From: Octopus sinensis
Lineage: Eukaryota
Length of the DNA: 10,385 nt
Assembly (NCBI RefSeq): GCF_006345805.1
Contig: NW_021827429.1
Location: 1-10,385, forward strand
Direction: 5' to 3'
Shown here: piece by piece, positions 1 through 7,805 of the stretch
How the letters are laid out: the number at the start of each line of letters is the position of its first letter
How positions within the stretch are numbered: position 1 is the first letter of the stretch
The notes under the pieces: generated by a model
Told to the model about the DNA's origin: nothing
The model's database searches: none
What the model saw: only the letters and a program-made list of their open reading frames with translations
Position numbers and translations under genes: made by a program

Positions 1-1108
1 CACACACACTAACAAACATGCACATAGGACGAACACACACACACCACACACACTAACAAACACGCACACACAGACGAACACACACACACACACACCCACA
101 ACAAACATGCACACAGACGAAACCCACACACACACAACACTAACAAACATGCACATAGACAAACAACAACACACACAAACACTAACAAAACATGCCACAT
201 AGACAAAACACACTCACACACACACACTAACAACATGAACAATAGACGGAACACACACACACACAACCAACTAACAAACCCGCACACAGACGAACACACA
301 ACACACACACACACTAACAAACATGCACACAGACGAACACACACACCACCACACATAACAAACATGCACACGACGAACACACACACACACACACACTAAC
401 AAACATGCACATAGACAAACACACACACACACACACACTAACAAACATGCACATAGACAAACACACACACACACACACTAACAAACACGCACACAGACGA
501 ACACACACACACACACACACTAACAAACATGCACATAGACGAACACACACACACACACACACTAACAAACATGCACACAGACGAACACACACACACACAC
601 ACACTAACAAACATGCACATAGACAAACACACACACACACACACTAACAAACATGCACACAAACGAACACACACACACACACTAACAAACATGCACATAG
701 ACAAACACACACACACACACACACTAACAAACATGCACACAGACGAACACACACACACACACACTAACAAACACGCACATAGACGAACGCACACACACAC
801 ACACACTAACAAACATGCACACAAACGAACACACACACACACACACACTAACAAACATGCACATAGACAAACACACACACACACACACACTAACAAACAT
901 GCACATAGACAAACACACACACACACACACACTAACAAACATGCACATAGACAAACACACACACACACACACACTAACAAACATGCACACAGACAGACCA
1001 CACACCACACACACATAACAAACACGCACACAACGAACACCACACACACCCACAAACAATAAACAACACGCACACAAACGAACACACACACACACACACT
1101 CACACACA
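1..1108. repeat. Minisatellite, unit ~38-44 bp: CTAACAAACATGCACA(T/C)AGAC(A/G)AA followed by a variable (CA)n; roughly 27 copies, truncated by the window start
   Basis: Unit starts can be read at e.g. 396, 438, 478, 520, 562, 604, 644, 682, 724, 764, 806, 848, 890, 932, 974. The centre is homogeneous and both ends are degenerate. It explains all HTHT/CVCV ORFs in 9-1109. Confidence 0.97.
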
Positions 1109-1174
1109 AAAGAAGGCGTGTATAAGCAATATAAAACCCAAAAATAAAAGTTCAGTTGTCACTAATTGCATATA

Positions 1175-1202
1175 TGTGTGTGTGGTGTGTGTGTGTGTGT
1201 GT
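1175..1202. repeat. (TG)n microsatellite
   Basis: Read directly from the sequence. Confidence 0.95.
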
Positions 1203-1367
1203 ATAAGAGTTTGACATTAAACTGGAGGATGTCTCAGTGCTATTTAGTGTCCAGCCTGTTCTCCTTCAGCAAACAGTCTGATGGAGGAAAGCAAACGGCA
1301 ACTTTGAAGACTCATTTTGTCTTATTCAAAGAATTCTATTTCTCCGAATAAGTGAAATAGACGGTCG

Positions 1368-1457
1368 GTGTCAAGGGAGGTAATTCTCATGAGCTTAACA
1401 ATTCATTACGTACGAGTTACGTCTCTTTACATATATTGCTCGGCCATCCCTTGACAC
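1368..1457. mobile_element. Possible tiny MITE-like element with 11-bp terminal inverted repeats
   Basis: GTGTCAAGGGA (1368-1378) and its exact reverse complement TCCCTTGACAC (1447-1457). No TSD is visible. Confidence 0.35.
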
Positions 1458-1488
1458 GTATTATTATTACTATTATTATTATTGATAA

Positions 1489-1889
1489 CTAGCAGTATCG
1501 CCCGGCGTTGCTCGGATTTGTAAGGGAAATAACTATATAAGCATTTTTAGAGAGTTATAGCCAAAAAATAGCAAAAAAATGCATAAAAATGGAAAAAAAA
1601 ATTCTGGTAAATTTTTTTTTTTTAAATCGTTGACTCATCGTAGACATTTTTAGAGAAGTTACTTCCCTTATATAATAGCGAAAAAATGCATTAAAATGGA
1701 AAAGATGATGGTAATTTTTTTTAAAATCATAGAATCATCGTAGACGCGCGCTAATACCAGAAGGGCTCGATATGAATCACGACATAAGATACCCGGTTTT
1801 GGTTAAACTGCACCGCAAAATGGGGGAGTAGTTAGGAATCTAAATCGTAGGAGACAGACAACACACAACCTTACTTTTATATATAAAGA
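1489..1889 (-). mobile_element. Non-autonomous Helitron (401 bp)
   Basis: The minus strand starts TC (1889-1888, TCTTTATATATAAAAG) and ends CTAG (1492-1489). An imperfect GC-rich hairpin CCGAGCAACGCCGG (1502-1515) lies ~10 nt before the 3' end. It is inserted between host A and T with no TSD. It carries an internal ~100-bp tandem duplication (1543-1645 / 1646-1745) and a short GACA/CA microsatellite near the 5' end. Confidence 0.85.
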
Positions 1890-2112
1890 TTAAGTATTAC
1901 AGAAATGTTTGCAAGGAGTTTATACTCACGACATCGTTAAACTGAAATGAGAAATAATGAAATATACTTAAAAAAGAGGAAATTATTAATTATATACATA
2001 AATAAAATGAATATATTTTACAATCAATACAATTTTTGATACCTGCAAATGCATACACGCACGCACACACACACAGTACACACATACACACGTAGCATAA
2101 TTAAGTATTACA

Positions 2113-2210
2113 TATGGCCTAATTCCGAGGATGTTCCAGTCGCGATAGCAAGGACATAATTTCGATTCCCCGAGCTGGCCGCATGTTGTGTTCTTGAGCA
2201 ATACTCTTCA
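2113..2210 (+). mobile_element. Decayed tRNA-derived SINE head with CORE-like segment
   Basis: A-box-like TGGCCTAATT (2115), B-box-like TTCGATTCC (2161-2169), then GTTGTGTTCTTGAGCAATACTCT, which resembles the CORE-like block GTTGTGTCCTGGAGTAAAGACACT of the SINE at 5654-5903. Confidence 0.55.
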
Positions 2211-2279
2211 TGTCAATAATGTTACATGTTACCACATTTGTTTGCAAGTAGGTAACCCTCTGTTTTAAATTTTCCGGGT

Positions 2280-2597
2280 TCATAGGATTATGCTCAAGGT
2301 GGTTTCGTCATTCATACGTGCCATCTTTGCTACATTCACCCATCTTTTTTTTTTAAACATTCGCTAGACAAAACTTGCCTCTCTACTCTCACTTTCCTTT
2401 TCAAGTGATACTTGAAGAAGTTGATGAGAGGTTGACCAGAGAGGAAAGTGTTTGTCTCCAATCCTTTCAGACGCGTCCACCAGATATATTCTTTCGCCAG
2501 AGCCACAAGGATGATGAAAATGGTTCTTCCTTCCCGTTTGAAGGAAGGAAGCATGACGATATTAACGATAGACTCAGCTGATAAACCGACTCGTTCA
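2280..2597 (-). mobile_element. 3' end of an L1/Tx1-like LINE ORF2 (5'-truncated, one frameshift)
   Basis: Translation ...IFIILVALAKEYIWWTRLKGLETNTFLSGQPLINFFKYHLKRKVRVERQVLSSEC, then after a frameshift in the A-run at ~2344-2354, KRWVNVAKMARMNDETTLSIIL* (TGA at 2282-2280). The LAK..IW..R...F...L..E...W pattern matches the post-zinc-knuckle C-terminus of L1/Tx1 ORF2 as I recall it. Confidence 0.6.
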
Positions 2598-2598
2598 G

Positions 2599-3038
<440 letters not shown>

Positions 3039-3121
3039 GAGTAAGTGTTAAGTGTTAAACAGTTGATTGCGATTAGAAAAAAACAGTCATCGATTAATAA
3101 TAATTTGATCGTCTCCTTGAG

Positions 3122-3320
3122 GTCACTCTGCAACCACTGCTGCAGGATCCCCTTCTCGCAACTCGATTCTTTCATTGAATATCTCACACCTGTGACTCTC
3201 ACTCTAATAACATCTATGCTGTATCCAGCCGCCCCCCACCTAATACCTTCACCCAACCCCCGCTTTTACAATACAACCAGTCCTTTTTTCTCCGTAAGAA
3301 TCCTACGTTTCTCAGAACAT
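3122..3320 (+). mobile_element. Possible highly decayed CR1/L2-group LINE ORF2 C-terminal fragment
   Basis: The frame from 3122 reads [25 protein letters not shown]...QYNQSFFLRKN. This echoes the LQPL...FY(RY)...C-S...Y..SFFPR order seen in the elements at 3610-5100 and 9691-10385. The similarity is weak. Confidence 0.3.
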
Positions 3321-3427
3321 CAACCATGTTGATCTCACTGGTCCTGAAATATACGCAAAAACTGTAGACATAACTCCTAATTTAGGCCATTTTAATGAAA
3401 ATAAATTAAGAAAATCTCCAGAAGATA

Positions 3428-3470
3428 ACTTCGAACATGTTTCGGTTTTATAAAATCTCTTCAGCTAAAC
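3428..3470 (-). ncRNA. Degenerate minimal type I hammerhead ribozyme-like motif
   Basis: Minus strand: GTTTAG-CTGAAGA(3464-3458)-GATTTTATAAAACC (stem II, one mismatch)-GAA-ACATGT (palindromic stem III)-T-CGAAGT. Core nucleotides are intact, the triplet is GUU, and stem I is weak (1 mismatch, 2 G-U). Confidence 0.45.
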
Positions 3471-3944
3471 GACCATAGTAGTGATGGGAGAATCACTGAT
3501 ACTGTACTCTCAGCCCCCTTCTTTTTTTGCATAACCTCTTAGATATTTCTAATTAACTCGTTGATACTCCCTTCATTAAATATGTTTATACTAAATTACC
3601 TCTAGTTGATTTTTTTTTTTTAATACTGATTCCGAAGGAGGTGGTGGGGTCTGCGTCCATGATATTTTCAGGCTCTCCGACACCGATGAGATTCCGGGTG
3701 CTGACCACGTTCCGTTTAAAACATTTGTAGGTTAATAGCCGCAGGAAAGTCCGGAACAGGGAAGAGGAGATTCCAGAGGGATGGTGCTCTTGGAGGTGAG
3801 GAAGGAATGGATACCGTGGTTAGTGTGATGCCGGAGGGAGTTTGGCATAAAAAAAAAGTGTTATGGGTGATGGAAGGGCGAGTGAGCTGATTTCAACTGA
3901 GTGAGAGACCAGAACAGAAGCCGTAATGGTAGTGAGAGAAGTGA

Positions 3945-4150
3945 GAAGGAGAGAGAGGGAGAGAGAGAGAGAGATGGAGAGAGAGAGAGAAGAGAGAGAG
4001 AGGAGAGAGAGAGAGATGGAGAGAGAGAGAGAGAGAGATGGAGAGAGAGAGAGAGGGAGAGAGAGGTGGAGAGAGAGAGAGATGGAGAGAGAGAGATGGA
4101 GAGAGAGAGAGAGGGAGATGGAGAGATGGAGAGAGAGAGAGAGATGGAGA
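3945..4150. repeat. (GA)n microsatellite with GATG interruptions, inside the old LINE
   Basis: Read directly. It explains the SLSL/RERE ORFs at 3820-4327. Confidence 0.97.
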
Positions 4151-4559
4151 AATAGCATGACTGTAGGTCAGAGGTTGGAGGGTGTGTCTGCTACTGATGG
4201 TGATGTCAGTGAACTTTCTCTGCATGTGATTCTGGATGTTAATGCGTGCAACAGTAGTAAAGTCCCGGATGTAGGGTCAGGGGTCCATTGTTGGTCCCAC
4301 TTGAGTCTTGCAGAGGGTCGCAGCTAGATCTTCATTGGTAGTAAGACACAGCATTTGAGAGTAACACTCAGGGCTGAAGCTATCACTCATGTTTACTGGG
4401 GTGTGTGGTGAGGATGTTTTCTTAATATGAGATGGGGTTTTTTTGCAGAGATAAGGTTGGCATGGCTTCCCTGGAGGATGGTCCCAAAGTTTCCGTTTCC
4501 ATTTATGGAATCACGGAAGGGTTGGTATGTGGTGTCTAGGTTGTGTGTAGATGCTGTAT

Positions 4560-4868
4560 GTTAGTTAGTTAGTTAGTTAGTTAGTTAATTTGGCTCAAAA
4601 GCAAATAGCAAGGCCATGTAGGGGGACATGGAGTTAAGTACAGGGTGGTGTTCATGTAAAGAGTTCAGGCCACTTGAGGTCAAGGGAGGCTTTGAACAAA
4701 GCGGTCGTCGGCATCTTCACCATCTCGTCTGGCAGCTTGTTCCACGGATCCGCAACCCGGACGGAGAAAGCTCCTCTCCTTCGATTGAGATGAAATCGTC
4801 GCAGGTAGAGCTTTTCGGAATGACCCCGCAGCCGACGCTCCGGAGCAGGAGTGAAGAACAGCTCTTTC
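4560..4868 (-). mobile_element. 5'-truncated CR1-type LINE 3' end with (TAAC)n tail
   Basis: Open frame 4864-4652 (not in the ORF track because it has no start): ELFFTPAPERRLRGHSEKLYLRRFHLNRRRGAFSVRVADPWNKLPDEMVKMPTTALFKASLDLKWPELFT*. This is the typical CR1 ORF2 C-terminus (RGH..KL, FS.RV..WN.LP, FK..LD). A short 3' UTR follows, then a tetranucleotide tail ((TTAG)6 at 4561-4584 on plus). Confidence 0.9.
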
Positions 4869-5213
4869 GAGAGGGTTGTATGGTTCGGGAAAGTTTGGGA
4901 AAGAGTGAAGGATCGTTGTTATCTGCATAAGAATAGGCATTACTGAGTTTGGTGGTGGCAAGAAGGCGATTGGTGTATAAAAGGAAGCGAGAAAGGGAGG
5001 AACAGAACCGAACCCCGAGGGAACACCAGAGAGGTGGGGAATAAAAGAGCTCCGTCATCACATGATGTAACAGAGCGATGAAATAGGAAGCTGGCGTCGT
5101 GCAGATAACGTTTAGAACTTATCAGCCTCGAAACATTTAAGCTTTTTTCTACATCATCAACTATCTATATCTAAACTTGTGCGTTTATTTGCAATTCTGT
5201 TATTACTTCTAGA

Positions 5214-5602
5214 GTGGAGGCGCAATGGCCCAGTGGTTAGGGCAGCGGACTCGCCGTCATGGGATCGCGGTTTCGATTCCCAGACCGGGCATTGTGAGTG
5301 TTTATTGAGCGAAAACACCTAAAAGCTCCACGAGGCTCCGGCAGGGGATGGTGGTGATCCCTGCTATACTCTTTCACCACAACTTTCTCTCACTCTTACT
5401 TCCTGTTTCTGTTGTACCTGTATTTCAAAGGGCCGGCCTTGTCACTCTCTGTGTCACGCTGAATATCCCCGAGAACTACATTAAGGGTACACATGTCTGT
5501 GGAGTGCTCAGCCACTTACACGTTAATTTCACGAACAGGCTATTCCGTTGATTCGGATCAACCGGAACCCTCGTCGTCGTAACCCACGGAGCGCTTCCAT
5601 CC
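5214..5602 (+). mobile_element. Full-length tRNA-derived SINE (octopus OR/OK-like) with 12-bp TSD
   Basis: A box TGGCCCAGTGG (5226-5236), B box GTTTCGATTCC (5270-5280), CCATCC tail. The exact direct repeat ATTACTTCTAGA lies at 5202-5213 and 5603-5614. Family naming is from memory only. Confidence 0.92.
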
Positions 5603-5653
5603 ATTACTTCTAGATCAGGTCTCTGGTCGAAAGAAACCTTCTTCCCCGTAAAA

Positions 5654-5903
5654 AGTGGCCGAGCACGCCACAGACACGTGGACCCTTAACGTAGTTCCCA
5701 GGGAGATTCTGTGAGACACAGAATGTGACAAGGCTTGTCCCCTTTTGAATTACAGGTACAACTCACTTTCGCCGGCTGAGTTGACTGGGGCAGCAGGTAG
5801 TTTAGTGTCTTTACTCCAGGACACAACGCGCCTCTTCCGGAATCGAACTCACAAACTTACGACTGTAAGCCGAACACCCTAATTGTTAAGCCACACGTTT
5901 TCA
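5654..5903 (-). mobile_element. tRNA-derived CORE-like SINE with a different head, 3'-shortened, sharing its 3' module with the 5214-5602 SINE
   Basis: B box GAGTTCGATTCC (5850-5839) and CORE-like GTTGTGTCCTGGAGTAAAGACACT (5827-5804). Segment 5762-5653 aligns with 5411-5517 at 91/110 by hand. CGTAAAA flanks both ends (5647-5653, 5904-5910) as a possible TSD. Confidence 0.88.
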
Positions 5904-6281
5904 CGTAAAATACGGCAGAAGTGAGCAGTCGTCAGGTTTGTGGATGAGTGACTTGCAAAGAATGTGGCCATGTACAAACAAATTTGCGGTGGATAAATAA
6001 AAGGCTTGCGTATTAGTGTTGGAATATGGGAAGCTGGTCAGTTTCAGTGTATAAGATGGAGAGTTAGTGTAACGCATTAGGGTTAAACCATAGGCAAATG
6101 TATTACTATAAAGAAAGCAGATCAGTTTTAATGTACAATCAGATCTCTACCGCTGGTAAATATAGGAACGGCAGTTAATCTTGTGCATTGCAATTAGACT
6201 GGCGACAATGGTGTCAAGCATAAGCAAGCGGTCAATTATCCATAAATAGAATAAAATATATAGAATGAGAAAAACACTTAC

Positions 6282-6293
6282 CGTGCCAAAATA
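6282..6293 (-). CDS. Candidate 12-nt microexon (TATTTTGGCACG; YFGT in phase 0)
   Basis: Minus strand reads tcttaattattatatttcag|TATTTTGGCACG|gtaagt: consensus acceptor, branch-like CTTAAT and a perfect GTAAGT donor. Length is divisible by 3, with no stop in any frame, and it lies in non-repeat DNA. Confidence 0.45.
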
Positions 6294-6512
6294 CTGAAAT
6301 ATAATAATTAAGAGATTGTAGTAAGAATATGCTTGTGTGTACATACATATATGTATGCAATCGATCAATGATAACATTACATCAATTTGAAATGAACTGC
6401 TCTCCTCAGAGCAGACGAGCTGGACGATTAAATGGAGCCACTTGAAACGGCCGTAACGCACTGATACCTGGACATCATTGTTACTAACTTGCTTTTTATT
6501 CACCTAACTTCG

Positions 6513-6705
6513 AGCTGCGTGGAATATACCGAACTGGCTTGGTGCCTTAATATAAGTACCTAATCCAACTGAATCTTAATTATTTCTTTATATATATGTA
6601 TATATAAATATATATATATTTATATATACACATATATACATGCATGTGTGTGTATGCATGCATGTATGGATATATGTGTGTGTATATATACATACATATA
6701 TATAT

Positions 6706-6761
<56 letters not shown>

Positions 6762-7002
6762 AGTGTATTTTTACCTTGTTAACAATTAACATTGGAAGCT
6801 GCGTGGACTATACCGAACTGGCTTGGTGCCTTAATATAAGTACCTAATCCAACTGAATCTTAAATATTTCTTTATATTATGTATATATAATATATATAAT
6901 AAATATATATATATTTATATATACACATATATATGTGTGTGTATGCATGCATGTATGAATATATGTGTGTATATATATACATACATATATATATATATAT
7001 CC

Positions 7003-7065
<63 letters not shown>

Positions 7066-7105
7066 TGAGTGTATTTTTACCTTGTTAACAATTAACATTG
7101 GAAGC
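6513..7105. repeat. Tandem duplication (copy 1 6513-6796, copy 2 6797-7102) with AGC junction microhomology; each copy contains (TA)n arrays
   Basis: AGCTGCGTGGA(A/C)TATACCGAACTGGCTTGGTGCC...GATGAGTGTATTTTTACCTTGTTAACAATTAACATTGGA is repeated, with a few substitutions and different TA lengths. AGC is present at 6513, 6797 and 7103. Confidence 0.95.
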
Positions 7106-7750
7106 ACATCGTTAGAGTTATCTAAAAGAATTTCTATCCATTACTCAACATTTAGGGATAGAAATAAACGGAATAGTACCGGTCTCAGCAAACTGATTTG
7201 GGATTTAAAAGACCACAATGAACAATTTCATTTAGAATGGTTGATTCTCTCAATTTCGATACCATATGACAAAGGCAAGAAATTCTGTCTTCTCTGCAAT
7301 TCTGAGCTATTTTTCATTATTTTTTCTAAAAATACTCTAGTAAACACGGTTATAGAGCGAGCATACAGATGTAAACATTGGCAAAAACATACATTTAGTG
7401 CATATAAGTAGTCCTCTATCATTTATATATAATTTAAACTTTAATTTCCTTTATATTTAACATTCACTATTAATATCCTTACTCTTTCTGTTAGCTACTT
7501 ATGACGTTATATCATATAACGTTTTTTTAAACAATATTAATAGCGTTCTGTCTATCGCTATACAAATCCATCATTTTTTGCTAAAATGTCTTATTGATGA
7601 GTTTCGTTTTTTTTTTTCACTTTCCTGAGGAGAAGATTGCATTGTTTATACCATTTATTCTTTTGAATAGTATCAGTGGAATTTTCGAACATGTGTCGAA
7701 AGTAAAAATATTTGATTACACCTGCGTTAAACTCCATTTATTTATTCATA
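7090..7750 (+). mobile_element. Penelope-like element (PLE) 3' fragment: GIY-YIG endonuclease C-terminal part (to TAG at 7411) plus 3' UTR/pLTR with hammerhead
   Basis: [52 protein letters not shown]...YDKGKKFCLLCNSELFFI...VN...E...CKHWQKH matches the PLE GIY-YIG pattern YIG.T...K.R...H...F...T.LS..IW.LK....W.IL...Y....C.LC..E....N...E...C.H. The outer boundaries are approximate. Confidence 0.85.
7619..7703 (+). ncRNA. Type I hammerhead ribozyme fold (one core A missing)
   Basis: Stem I ACTTTC (7619-7624)/GAAAGT (7698-7703) is perfect. Core CTGAGGA is at 7625-7631. Stem II 7632-7644/7674-7686 has 12 of 13 pairs and is closed by G-C. GAA is at 7687-7689 (canonical GAAA), followed by a short self-complementary stem III and the GTC triplet at 7695-7697. 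Confidence 0.75.
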
Positions 7751-7803
<53 letters not shown>

Positions 7804-7804
7804 T
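7749..7804. repeat. (TA)n microsatellite
   Basis: Read directly from the sequence. Confidence 0.95.
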
Positions 7805-7805
7805 C

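Larger units (their letters stand above)
3610..5100 (-). mobile_element. Old, decayed A-tailed CR1/L2-group (jockey superfamily) LINE ORF2 3' half; interrupted by a CR1 insertion (~4560-4868) and a (GA)n expansion (~3945-4150)
   Basis: Collinear degenerate motifs on minus: ASFLFHRSV..DG, SGVP.G.SVL, FLLYTNRLL, SYADN (YADN at 4929-4918, from YADD). After the insertion: RDSIN..GTILQ..ANLISAKK, KTQVGPTMD, HMQRK, LQPLTYSHAIS. After the GA repeat: FSHYHYGFCS, PRAPSLWNLL, FPAAINLQMF(K)RNV. Poly(A) tail is T12 at 3610-3621. Many stops and frameshifts. Confidence 0.8.

Noticed and set aside
9-1109. Long His/Thr-rich and Cys/Val-rich ORFs; regular repeat resembling a CRISPR array
   Set aside because: These are translations of the minisatellite. 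The 'spacers' are only (CA)n, with no unique spacers, and the context is eukaryotic.
1205-1300. Minus-strand acceptor-like tttgctttcctccatcag
   Set aside because: All three frames stop within ~40 nt and no donor follows. It cannot be supported as an exon.
4628-4961. ORFs 4628-4930(+) and 4680-4961(-)
   Set aside because: They are antisense or off-frame shadows of the CR1 and old-LINE coding frames.
5216-5290. tRNA-like A/B boxes as a tRNA gene (also 5830-5903)
   Set aside because: There is no complete cloverleaf or T-run terminator, and the sequence continues into a SINE body with TSD.
5890-5935. CTGACGA...GAAA on the minus strand as a hammerhead
   Set aside because: No stem II or stem I pairing, and the GAAA belongs to the SINE 5' end.
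6147-6503. 118-aa minus-strand ORF; CTGAGGA at 6409-6403
   Set aside because: The ORF has no recognisable domain and runs through intron-like AT-rich DNA and the microexon splice sites. The CTGAGGA overlaps the loop of a 6-bp hairpin and has no downstream GAAA or stem III.
6500-6570. Minus-strand attcag acceptor in the duplicated unit ([13 protein letters not shown]...)
   Set aside because: Weak pyrimidine tract, and the only open frame hits a stop before a good donor in both copies.
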